DNA from: Nitrosopumilus sp.
GTDB lineage: Archaea > Thermoproteota > Nitrososphaeria > Nitrososphaerales > Nitrosopumilaceae
Reading direction: 5' to 3'
Length of the DNA: 64,000 bases
NCBI GenBank assembly: GCA_965218695.1
Contig: OZ244651.1
Span: 1,728,001 to 1,792,000, forward strand
Shown: one piece after another, positions 20,524 through 29,603 of the stretch
How the letters are laid out: each line of letters starts with the position of its first letter
Position numbering within the stretch: the first letter of the stretch is position 1
The notes under the pieces: model-generated
What the model saw: the letters and a program-made list of their open reading frames with translations, nothing else
Databases searched by the model: none
Told to the model about the DNA's origin: nothing
Translations under genes and position numbers: made by a program

Positions 20524-22148
20524 TCCGGCCCCTCTGCTGTTCCGTCGCGCCTGACCTCGGCGACCCCCTGGAACCCCTCCCCGCTGTTCCTCTTCAGGAC
20601 TGCGTGTATTGCGCCCATAAAGAACGAGTACCTGTCCCGTACGTCTATCTTGTAGCCGGTCTTCTTCAGCTGTCTTATGATGTCAGAGGCATGCTCGTCT
20701 TTCTCTATGCTTACCTTTCCGTCAAGGGAGCAGTGGATTCTGGGCTTTGACATTGCCACATTGATCGGGTCGCTACCGTCAATCACGCGCGATATGAAAT
20801 GGCTCACGACTGAAAAGATTCTCGAGGAACCCGGGCTTCCCAGGACCATCCACGGCTCGTGGTTGTAAAAGATGATTGCAGGGGATACGGACGTCCAGGG
20901 GATCGAGTTCGGCCTGAGATAGAACGGGTGGTTCGGGTTCTCAAACTCAAAGGCGGACATGTAGTTGTTGTACAGAAATCCGAGGCCGTCGGCTGCGGCC
21001 TTTGAGCCGTACACCAGCTCGATGGACTGGGTGATGCCCACGGCGTTTCCCTCCCCGTCCATCACCGAAAGGTGCGTCGTATCCTCTATGTCCGGCGACT
21101 CCCTCAGCGGCAGGTCGGGATCGATAGAGTCCCGGATTGATTTGGAGAGGGATCTTGCAAACTTTCTGCTCAGGTGGGTCCTCTGGTCTATCTGGTGGTA
21201 TGTCACGGGGTTGAACTTTCTCTGCGTCCTGTACAGCAGCGCCTTCCGGAACGTCTCGGCTACAAAGTGGTACGACTGCGGATCCTTGCCTCTGAGAAAC
21301 GGCCTCTTCAGGTTTTCAAGCATCATCAGCACCAGCAGCATCGTATCGCCTGCGGAGGGGGGCGGCATGGTCGAGACCCTGATTCCGCGGTATCTTCTGC
21401 TGAGCGGCTTGCGTTCGACGGGTTCGGGTATCAGCGCAAGGTCCTCCAGGTGCAGAAACCCGCGGTTGATCCTCATGTCCTTGTCAATCAGCCTGGCGAT
21501 CATTCCGTGGTAGAATGAGCGGTAGCCGTTCTGTGATATGTACTTGAGGGTCTCTGCAAGATCCTCCTGGACAAACAGATCCCCGACGCCGTATGGCTCC
21601 ATGCCGTCCTTGAGAAAGTACCTTGCACCGGACTGGGATCCCACCCTGAAGAACTTTGCAAGGTTATCCACCTGCAGATCGTGCTGGAGTTGGGTTATCC
21701 TGTATCCGTTCCTTGCAATGCGGATTGCCGGCTCTGCCACGTCTGCCCAGCCCAGCCGCCCGTACGTCTCGCTGAGGTATCCCAGTGTCGCAACCGTGCT
21801 GGGAACAGTCGTTGCCTTGTATCCTATGAACCTGCGGGAGTGCTTCTCATAGAATGCTCTGTGCGCAAGGGACGGGGCCCTGCTTGAGCCGTCGACTGCT
21901 ATGGTCTTGCCGTCAATGCTCATGATGGCAAGGGACTGGCCGCCTATGCCGGATGACTGGGGCTCGCAGACTCCCAGCGCAAGGGCCGTGGCACATGCAG
22001 CATCGACTGCGTTTCCGCCCTTTTCAAGCATGCTCACCCCCGCCCTGGTGGCCTCGGGAAATGCAGAGGAGACCATTCCGCCCCGGGCAGCAGAGCACTT
22101 CTTGTCAGGCGACGGCCGGAACGAGTCCTCTATCTTTTCAATGTCCAT
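20520..22148 (-). CDS. ggt: Gamma-glutamyltransferase family protein
   Basis: GGNAVDAA, EPQSSGIGG, DTTHLSVMDGEGNAV (Thr nucleophile), GFLYNN, GSPGSSRI. Confidence 0.9.
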   Translation of the reverse strand: MDIEKIEDSFRPSPDKKCSAARGGMVSSAFPEATRAGVSMLEKGGNAVDAACATALALGVCEPQSSGIGGQSLAIMSIDGKTIAVDGSSRAPSLAHRAFYEKHSRRFIGYKATTVPSTVATLGYLSETYGRLGWADVAEPAIRIARNGYRITQLQHDLQVDNLAKFFRVGSQSGARYFLKDGMEPYGVGDLFVQEDLAETLKYISQNGYRSFYHGMIARLIDKDMRINRGFLHLEDLALIPEPVERKPLSRRYRGIRVSTMPPPSAGDTMLLVLMMLENLKRPFLRGKDPQSYHFVAETFRKALLYRTQRKFNPVTYHQIDQRTHLSRKFARSLSKSIRDSIDPDLPLRESPDIEDTTHLSVMDGEGNAVGITQSIELVYGSKAAADGLGFLYNNYMSAFEFENPNHPFYLRPNSIPWTSVSPAIIFYNHEPWMVLGSPGSSRIFSVVSHFISRVIDGSDPINVAMSKPRIHCSLDGKVSIEKDEHASDIIRQLKKTGYKIDVRDRYSFFMGAIHAVLKRNSGEGFQGVAEVRRDGTAEGPE

Positions 22149-22959
22149 ATAGATCCTTCCCGCAGTGGGGGCATTTGTTCCCGCCCTGCCCCCTCTTCCT
22201 TCTCAGCTCCTCGGTAAACGCAGATGCCATTATTCCCGCCGGAATGGCATACACTGCGATCCCAAGTATGGCAACCCCGCTGGCAATTACCTTGCCTAGG
22301 ACAGTGACAGGGTATGTGTCGCCGTACCCTATGGTAGTCAGCGTGACTATCCCCCACCACATCGATGCCGGAATGCTGGAGAAGACATCCGGCTGCGCTG
22401 CGTTCTCTGCATAGTACATCAGGCTGGAGGCAAAGATCACCATTATAAACAGGATAAAGAACGCAACAGACAGGTCGCCGGCCTTGGCACGCAGCACTGC
22501 GCCAAACGTATGCATGGAGTCCGAGTATCGGGCAAGTTTGAGGAGCCGGAAGAGCCGGAGCAGCCGGATTATTCTGATGAATCGAAGATCGACCACGACA
22601 AACGGCAGGAAGAACGGCAGTATGGCGGCCAAGTCGACGAGCATCATAGGGCTGAATACCAGCCGGAGCAGGGAGTACCTGGTGGTGCGGTGCTTTGGGT
22701 TCATCCGGTACACGACTATCCTCCCTGCGTACTCTGCAGTGAACACTATCACCGAGAATACCTCAAACGGGGTGAAAAAATAGCCGTACTCGTCCAGCAC
22801 CGACTCCTCAGTCTCAAGCATTACAAACAGGACGTTGACTACTATCATGGAGACGATAAATATATGAAACCCCCAGGTCGCCTTGTCCTTGGCGGTTCCC
22901 TCGAGTATCTCGTATGTGCGCAGGGTTGCCCTGTTAGCCAGGGTGCCAGACGCCGCCAC
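22138..22959 (-). CDS. 6-TM voltage-gated-type potassium channel
   Basis: S4-like RFIRIIRLLRLFRLLKLARY, filter TTIGYGD, C-terminal CPHCG; GTG start overlaps the corA stop. Confidence 0.88.
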   Translation of the reverse strand: MAASGTLANRATLRTYEILEGTAKDKATWGFHIFIVSMIVVNVLFVMLETEESVLDEYGYFFTPFEVFSVIVFTAEYAGRIVVYRMNPKHRTTRYSLLRLVFSPMMLVDLAAILPFFLPFVVVDLRFIRIIRLLRLFRLLKLARYSDSMHTFGAVLRAKAGDLSVAFFILFIMVIFASSLMYYAENAAQPDVFSSIPASMWWGIVTLTTIGYGDTYPVTVLGKVIASGVAILGIAVYAIPAGIMASAFTEELRRKRGQGGNKCPHCGKDLYGH

Positions 22960-24602
22960 TATACCCAGCTCCTCTTCTTGAACCACACCATCATCACGAC
23001 CACTATAACCAGCATGCCTGAAAGCATGACAAAGTAGCTTCCATCCCATGCCAGCTCCGGGATGTGCTGAAAGTTTGTCCCGTATATGCCGGCGATGAAC
23101 GTGATCGGGATGAATATGCTTGCAATTATCGTCAGGGTCTTCATGACCTCGTTCATCTTGTTGCTCACGCTGGAGAGGTAGGTGTCAAGCATCCCCCCTA
23201 CCATGTCCCGGAGCCCCTCGATGTTGTCCATCACCTGGACTGTGTGGTTGTAGACGTCGCGGAGGTATCTTCTTGTGGATTCGCGGACGATCTCAGACTC
23301 CATCCTGCCGAACCCGTCTATGACCTCCCTGAGCGGCCAGATGGACTTTCTCAGGGTCACCATCTCCCTCTTCAAGCTGTGGATGGTCTGCAGCGTCTGC
23401 GGGTTGGGATTTGTCATCAGCTCCTCTTCAAGCTGCTCGGACTGGATGCCTATCTTTTCCAGTATCACGTAATAGTAGTCGATTATGGCATCGGCCAGCG
23501 CATATGCAAGGTAGTCGCTTGTGCTCTCCCGTATACGTCCAAGGTTCTTTTCCAGCCTCTCCCGGATGTTGTCAAAGACGTCATCGTTGGTCTCCTGGAA
23601 CGACACCACGTAATCCTTCCCCACAACCAGGCTGACCTGCTCCATGAACAGGCGGTTGTTGGACAGGATGTGCGGCAGCTTGAGGATCATGTACAGGCAG
23701 TTGCCGTGATCGTCTATCCTTGGCCGCAGCTCGGTATTCATTATATCTGACTGCACGAGGCTGTGCAGCGCGTAGTGATCCCCGACCTTCTTGATGACAT
23801 CAGCATCATGCAGTCCGACTATGTTGGTCCATGTCACCCCGGACCGACCATCATCGGCAAAGCATTCCTCGACGGATTCTATCGTATTCCTGGAAAAGTT
23901 GTCCTTGTCAAACTTTATCTGGACTATGTCGACTTTGTCTACCAGCTTTGCCCCCACGTGCACCAGCTCGCCTGGCTGCAGCCCTATGGTCTCAGAGGAC
24001 GTCATGACATCGGCATGCCCCTTTCGGAGAATCTTCGAGAGATCCATCATGTTGATAAAGCCTGTATTCTGGGCAATCTGGGCAACCCCGGAGGTCCTGC
24101 TGACGATGCCCACTATTGCAAACCCGGCGATCATGGAGAACAGCAGGCTTATTCCAAGCGGCCCAAGGTCCCCGGCCACGGCCGACTGGTAGATTGCATG
24201 GACGTCGGTGGCATCACCGGCAGTCACCACGGAGCCTATCAGCAGGTCGATCAGGAAGAAGACGAACGATATCATCGCGCCCACGATTATGACGGTAAGC
24301 GGGGTGATCCTTGCCGGGATGTTGATGTTCTTTTCCTGCTTGTACGGCGAGAGGTATCTCTTGTTCTTTACGATGAGTATGGCAATCATGGTGATGATCA
24401 CCGTGGAGAGTATCCACCAGGCTATCACCCACAGTCCCTGGCCCGAGTCGGCCTGCTGTATCCCCCAGATCAGATCCTGGATGTTTCCGGTGAGGGGCAG
24501 CGACAGAAGGGAGGTTGCAGCGCCGACAAACATCTGGTAGACAAACGCAAACACAAATCCCAGAACCAGCCTGTTTACGACTATTCCTATTTGTGCCCTC
24601 AA
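22959..24602 (-). CDS. corA: CorA-family divalent cation transporter with extra N-terminal membrane domain
   Basis: GLQPGELVHVG, EQVSLV, YLRDVYNH, MNEVMKTLT, PITFIAGIYGTNF...PEL; about 170 extra residues with about 4 TM. Confidence 0.88.
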   Translation of the reverse strand: MRAQIGIVVNRLVLGFVFAFVYQMFVGAATSLLSLPLTGNIQDLIWGIQQADSGQGLWVIAWWILSTVIITMIAILIVKNKRYLSPYKQEKNINIPARITPLTVIIVGAMISFVFFLIDLLIGSVVTAGDATDVHAIYQSAVAGDLGPLGISLLFSMIAGFAIVGIVSRTSGVAQIAQNTGFINMMDLSKILRKGHADVMTSSETIGLQPGELVHVGAKLVDKVDIVQIKFDKDNFSRNTIESVEECFADDGRSGVTWTNIVGLHDADVIKKVGDHYALHSLVQSDIMNTELRPRIDDHGNCLYMILKLPHILSNNRLFMEQVSLVVGKDYVVSFQETNDDVFDNIRERLEKNLGRIRESTSDYLAYALADAIIDYYYVILEKIGIQSEQLEEELMTNPNPQTLQTIHSLKREMVTLRKSIWPLREVIDGFGRMESEIVRESTRRYLRDVYNHTVQVMDNIEGLRDMVGGMLDTYLSSVSNKMNEVMKTLTIIASIFIPITFIAGIYGTNFQHIPELAWDGSYFVMLSGMLVIVVVMMVWFKKRSWV

Positions 24603-25853
24603 TCAGTCTTTCCTCCGGCGTATGCGTATCCTGGTGGGCCTGTTCTTCTCCACCTGCTCTACGGTAAACTCTAGGGAATCTACAGATACAGAGTCGTCCG
24701 GTTTTGGTATGTCGCGGAGCCTTTCATGCAAAAGGCCGCTGAGTGTGGAATAGTCGTCGCCTGGGGGGATCTCTGTCTTGAAGTATCTGTTGATGGCATC
24801 GATCTCGATGTCGCCGTCGGCAAGTATCGTTGAAGAGTCCACCACGGCATACGGAAGACGCCGCAGATCAGTCTCGTCATAAATCTCGCCCACTATCTCC
24901 TCGATCACGTCCTCAAGGGTTACCAGCCCCTCGACTCCGCCAAACTCGTCAACTACTATTGCCATGTGGTTCTTTTCTGACTGCATCTGCCTGAGCAGGT
25001 CGCTTGTCCTCTTCTCCTGGGAGACGTAGATGGGTCTTCTGACCAGATCCTCAAGCGGGGTCGCATGAAGACTCGGATCCCTGAGATGCTGCAGCATGTC
25101 CCGTACGTGCAGGATCCCCATTATGTCGTCTGTGTCCCTGCCGTATATTGGAATCCTGGAGTGCCCCGTCTGGTGTATCAGGTCGGCTGCATCTGCAAGC
25201 AGGGTGTCCTTTTGCAGGCAGAACATCCTTGTACGCGGAACCATGACTGAGCGGATGACGTTGTGGTTGAATTCAAGCGCGCTCTGCAGCAGGTTCCTCT
25301 GGTCCAGTCCCAGTGCCTTGTCCCGGTGCCCCTGGTCTATTATCCCCCGAATCTCATCGCCGGTCAGTGCAGGCGGAAGATAGTCGCTTCCGGTGATTCG
25401 TATTATTCCCCGCGAGATCTTCTCCAGGATCCACACTGCAGGATAAAAGGCGTAGCTGAATGCCAGCAGTACCCGGGCAAACCTCAGGGAGACCTTTGTG
25501 GCGTTTGCGTTGCAGTATGTCTTGGGGGTGACCTCGCCAAATATGATTACAAGAAAGGTCATGATTCCCACGGCAATTCCCAGCCCGTTCTCCCCGAAGA
25601 TCTCGATGGACACGACAGTCGCAAGCGAGGCGGATCCTATGTTTACAAGGTTGTTTCCAAGGTTGACACTTGACATCATCCATCCGGGATTTGACTTTAG
25701 CTTTTGTAGGGAGCGGGCCCCCTTTGCGTTCTCCTTTACCAGGCGCCCGATCGTGGCCTGTGATGTGCCGACCAGTGCCACCTCGAGCCCGCTGAAGAAC
25801 CCTGAAAGGCCGATAAGGGCTGCAAGGGATGCCAGTGCAAGTTCAAGGGCCAT
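24603..25853 (-). CDS. CNNM/CorC (HlyC) family protein (DUF21 + CBS pair + CorC)
   Basis: SGFFSGLEVAL, GNNLVNI, IFGEVTPK, HSRIP, VVDEFGGVEGLVTLEDVIEEIVGEI. Confidence 0.92.
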   Translation of the reverse strand: MALELALASLAALIGLSGFFSGLEVALVGTSQATIGRLVKENAKGARSLQKLKSNPGWMMSSVNLGNNLVNIGSASLATVVSIEIFGENGLGIAVGIMTFLVIIFGEVTPKTYCNANATKVSLRFARVLLAFSYAFYPAVWILEKISRGIIRITGSDYLPPALTGDEIRGIIDQGHRDKALGLDQRNLLQSALEFNHNVIRSVMVPRTRMFCLQKDTLLADAADLIHQTGHSRIPIYGRDTDDIMGILHVRDMLQHLRDPSLHATPLEDLVRRPIYVSQEKRTSDLLRQMQSEKNHMAIVVDEFGGVEGLVTLEDVIEEIVGEIYDETDLRRLPYAVVDSSTILADGDIEIDAINRYFKTEIPPGDDYSTLSGLLHERLRDIPKPDDSVSVDSLEFTVEQVEKNRPTRIRIRRRKD

Positions 25854-28009
25854 TACGCAGAACACCTGTAGATTACCGAGGTGAGCAGCGAGGCCCTCTC
25901 GACGATGCTGTCATGGACTATGTATTCCTGGGGGGTGCGGTACATGTGGCCTATCGGGCCAAAGCCGTCAAGGGACGGAAGCTCGGTGGGAACGTTGCAG
26001 ATGTCCGATGACATTATCTGCTCGTGCCGCTTGATCTTGATCTCGTGCTTGCGGGCAAGGTCCTCGACCATCCCATAGAATGCCGTATCCGATTCCACCT
26101 CGATTACCGGCGGCCTGCTCTGGATCTTCTGGATGGTAACGTCGAGTTTTTGTGCGCCGGCCTCGTGCTTCTTCATGATGTCCCGTATCCTGGCATCAAG
26201 GAGCGTTCCCAGCTGGGACGTCTTGTAGCTGCATATGAGTGAGAGGGTGGCATAGTTTGGGGTGTGGCCGTGCGTTCCCTTGGCCACAACAGAGGTGGTC
26301 TTTACCCTGTAGTCCCTTTCGTCCCTTGATATCTTTTCTATTGCAGATATCTTCTTTGCCAGTGAAGGAATTATTCCATGTATGTCCGATGAGGTGTTGG
26401 GTGCCGTGAAACGGATCTGGTAGTCGTCCCTCCCGTAGCATGTTGTGATTATTCCCCCGTCCTTGCTGGCAGACTTGAGGCCTACGATATACTTTGATGT
26501 CTTGGAGTAGTGTTTTACCAGGTTCTTGCTGAACTTTCCTCCCAGGCTGTCGTCGGTGGTGAGAAGTATGGCGCACCTTACCTTGCGCAGTCTTTTTGCA
26601 AAGCGGAGCGCATGCAGGGCGCTCAGCATCACTGCCAGCCCGCCCTTGCTCTCGGCTATTCCGGAGCCAAACACCTTGTAGTCGTCCTCGTGGTAGTTTA
26701 CCAGCTCGCTTGGACCGTAGTGGGTGTCGGTATGGGAGACTATCAGGATGTCGTTTTTGAGTTCGTTGTGGTTTTTGAAATAGCGAAAGTCCCCCACGTC
26801 AAACTGCCTGTGGACGTACTCCCTGAATCCCAGGTGCCTTAGCCTGCGGGACATGATCTCCCCGAGCTTGTTTACGTTGTCTATGTTGTATACGTGGGTG
26901 TTGAGGTTTACAAGATCCTTCAGCGTCTCCTTTATGCTGTGCAGGTGCCCCCTCAGGTACGTCCTTGCAACCACGCGCAGGGGCTGGGTCATGTCCGGCT
27001 CGTCTTCCAGGTGGTGGGAGGCACCAAAGTAGCGCATCACGGCAACGTCAAGAATCTTGTTGATTAGCGAATCATACGTGTATCCGGTTGTCTTTGCAGC
27101 ATGGTACAGCGAGCCACCCATCCCCAGGCTGGCCATCGAGTTTAGCTCAAGGATGTAGAGGTTCTCGTCCGGGTCCATCCGAAGATCCACCCTGCTGTAG
27201 TCGTTGAGCCCCAGGCACCGAAATGCCTGCATGCACAGCCGCTTCATCTCCCAGGTCTTCTCGTCTGAGAGTTGCGCCGGACACGTCTTGTCTGTCCCGC
27301 CCTTCTTCATCTTGTCAGATATTGTCTGTATCTGGTTTGGATTATCCAGGTTTATCTCTACTATCGGAAGGACGTCTATGTTGGGATTGTTCCCTATCAC
27401 CCCCACTGCAAACTCCCGGCCCGGGATGAACTGCTCCACCAGGATCTCCTGCTGGAACTTTTCAATCTGTTTCTGCACCGCCCTTCTGAGGGAGTCCCAG
27501 TCGTCCACCACCTCCATCCCCATGGAGGTGGATTCCAGCTTTGGCTTTACAATTACGGGAAATGCCAGATCATCAAAGTCATCCTCAGGGGTCTTGAATT
27601 CCCAGAATCCCGGAGTGGGGATGTCATTCCTTTGCAGGATTATCTTGGTCATGACCTTGTCCTGTACGATTGCATGCCCCGCAGGCCCCGAGCCTATGTA
27701 TGGAATGCCAAGCATCTCCATCATTGCCGGGACGTGGGTGTACCTGTTCTGTCCCTGAATTCCATATGCCATGTTAAAGACCATCCCCGGGGAGTCCCCG
27801 GCAACCACCTTTGGCATGAACTCGCGCAGCTCGTCTGCCATGTGGATGTCCCCCTCGATCACCTTGACTGTGTGTCCGCCCTTTTCCAGTGCCCGTGCGA
27901 CGCGCTCGACTGCCTTGGTGCTGTAGTGCTCCTTGGTGACTGTGCCAAAGACGTTGATTACATCATTTGGGTTTATCTCTTTTTCATTATAGATTAGCGC
28001 GACCTTCAA
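25853..28009 (-). CDS. D-Ala-D-Ala-ligase-like ATP-grasp enzyme fused to an M20 peptidase-like domain
   Basis: GIPYIGSG, DKVMTK, PVIVKP..STSMG, EQFIPGREF, RVDLR, LELNS; C-terminal M20 fold (SHTDT, GSGIAESKGG, LDGFGP). Confidence 0.85.
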   Translation of the reverse strand: MKVALIYNEKEINPNDVINVFGTVTKEHYSTKAVERVARALEKGGHTVKVIEGDIHMADELREFMPKVVAGDSPGMVFNMAYGIQGQNRYTHVPAMMEMLGIPYIGSGPAGHAIVQDKVMTKIILQRNDIPTPGFWEFKTPEDDFDDLAFPVIVKPKLESTSMGMEVVDDWDSLRRAVQKQIEKFQQEILVEQFIPGREFAVGVIGNNPNIDVLPIVEINLDNPNQIQTISDKMKKGGTDKTCPAQLSDEKTWEMKRLCMQAFRCLGLNDYSRVDLRMDPDENLYILELNSMASLGMGGSLYHAAKTTGYTYDSLINKILDVAVMRYFGASHHLEDEPDMTQPLRVVARTYLRGHLHSIKETLKDLVNLNTHVYNIDNVNKLGEIMSRRLRHLGFREYVHRQFDVGDFRYFKNHNELKNDILIVSHTDTHYGPSELVNYHEDDYKVFGSGIAESKGGLAVMLSALHALRFAKRLRKVRCAILLTTDDSLGGKFSKNLVKHYSKTSKYIVGLKSASKDGGIITTCYGRDDYQIRFTAPNTSSDIHGIIPSLAKKISAIEKISRDERDYRVKTTSVVAKGTHGHTPNYATLSLICSYKTSQLGTLLDARIRDIMKKHEAGAQKLDVTIQKIQSRPPVIEVESDTAFYGMVEDLARKHEIKIKRHEQIMSSDICNVPTELPSLDGFGPIGHMYRTPQEYIVHDSIVERASLLTSVIYRCSA

Positions 28010-28377
28010 TTGAGCTCTCTTCTCAGGTATTCTTTGGATAATCTAGTTTAAAAGACATTGTTAAGGGTGGTTGGTCTTATGGCCCGCGCATCCAGACTCT
28101 CTTCATGTCGGGGGTTGACAGTCTTTTGGACCATACGGGAATTTCAACGCAAACAAGACAAGGGAGTCTCTTGCCAGGCATCACATCGCCTGAACCGCCG
28201 CCCGATCCTGTCTCGCCGTGATCACATCCGGATTATCTGTCCTCCCGGTATGAACTCACCTGTTCCTTATATCAGTCGGCCAACCTCTTCGACCACGCTC
28301 TTTCCATGAGCCCTCCACGTGAGGACGCATGTGACAAAATCTGAAAGGCACTTCATGGCCCCCCCTGCGTCTCAAAG

Positions 28378-28383
28378 TTTAAA
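28378..28383 (+). promoter_or_regulatory. TATA box upstream of tRNA-Val
   Basis: AAAG-TTTAAA about 25 bp before the tRNA. Confidence 0.55.
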
Positions 28384-28407
28384 TGGTTTTCAACAGCGCT
28401 GGTCTCT

Positions 28408-28482
28408 GGGCTCATAGTCCAGGTCGGTTATGACGTCGCCCTTACACGGCGAAGATCCGGGGTTCAAATCCCCGTGGGCCCA
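28408..28482 (+). tRNA. tRNA-Val (TAC)
   Basis: Acceptor GGGCTCA/TGGGCCC-A; anticodon arm TCGCC-CTTACAC-GGCGA; T loop TTCAAAT. Confidence 0.95.
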
Positions 28483-28539
28483 CATATACCTTCATTGAGT
28501 CCGAACACGCAAGAGAATCTACAAATTTGATGACATCCC

Positions 28540-29574
28540 ATGGAATTCGTGAGAGCCACCATCGACTTTTTTTCAAGCCCCATCGGACTGGGCCACATAA
28601 CTAGGGATATTGCAATTGCGGCAAACCTCGGGGACGTCTCTACAAACTTTGTCTCAGGGGGCGGCGCAATCAAGATCCTGGACAGCCTGGGCATCGAGTC
28701 CACAGACGCATACGTTCCACCTCCGTTCGTGGTGGAAAACGGCACCCTCAGAAACCCGGCAAGATGGCTGTGGAACTACTACAGGTACTACAAGAGATGC
28801 AAGGATATCTCACGCGGCATACTGCTAAGGGACAAACCCGACATGGTCGTCAGCGACGAGGACTTTGCCTCGCTTGCAAACGCCCAGGACATGGGTATTC
28901 GGACCATACTTGTCACAGACATCCTTGAGACCCGCTTTACAGGCGGCCTGGCCTCAATAGTAGAAAAAAGGATGAACAAGTCGATGCACAGCATCATGAA
29001 AAAAGCAGAGGCAGTCATCGTTCCCGAACACGGGGACGACAGGGACAACATCAGGATGGTCGGCCCGATCGTAAGGCGCATAGACACCCCAAGGGACAAG
29101 CTGCGGGAAAGGTTCGGGTTTGAAAGAGAGACCATACTGGTATCAATAGGCGGAACCGATGCAGGAATATTTCTGATTGAAAAGGTACTGGAGGTGATTC
29201 CAAAAATTGATCCCGAACTGGATGTCGTCCTGGTGTCCGGTCCCGCAGTAAGCAGAAGATTCAGGGGGGTCAGGGATCTTGGATGGGTGGACAACCTGCA
29301 CGAACTGATCCTTGCCTCAGACGTCCTGATATCACTTGCAGGAAGGTCCACCATGGACGAGGCCCAATCCTACGGCACTCCTGCCATATTCATTCCCATA
29401 AAGGGGCACTTTGAGCAGGAGGACAATGCAAGAAGGCATGGGTTCTCCTTTGGGGATCTCAAAAGACTGGATGTGTTGGTTGCAGAAAAGTTCCAAGAAC
29501 GCAGGAACCCGGTTCAGGCCAGCGGCGGTGCAGAGAATGCAGCCAGGATAATACTGCAGGCATTCAAAGATTAA
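28540..29574 (+). CDS. GT-B glycosyltransferase (GT28/MurG-like)
   Basis: GLGHITR, VGPI, SIGG, AGRSTMDE, HFEQEDNA. Confidence 0.85.
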   Translation: MEFVRATIDFFSSPIGLGHITRDIAIAANLGDVSTNFVSGGGAIKILDSLGIESTDAYVPPPFVVENGTLRNPARWLWNYYRYYKRCKDISRGILLRDKPDMVVSDEDFASLANAQDMGIRTILVTDILETRFTGGLASIVEKRMNKSMHSIMKKAEAVIVPEHGDDRDNIRMVGPIVRRIDTPRDKLRERFGFERETILVSIGGTDAGIFLIEKVLEVIPKIDPELDVVLVSGPAVSRRFRGVRDLGWVDNLHELILASDVLISLAGRSTMDEAQSYGTPAIFIPIKGHFEQEDNARRHGFSFGDLKRLDVLVAEKFQERRNPVQASGGAENAARIILQAFKD

Positions 29575-29603
29575 TAGAAGGTACCAAAAGTGCAGATATT
29601 ACC

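Noticed and set aside
25853-28009. Peptidoglycan synthesis (Ddl plus the MurG-like gene at 28540)
   Set aside because: Archaeal context with no mur ligases; both folds have many other substrates, and the genes are divergent and separated by a tRNA.
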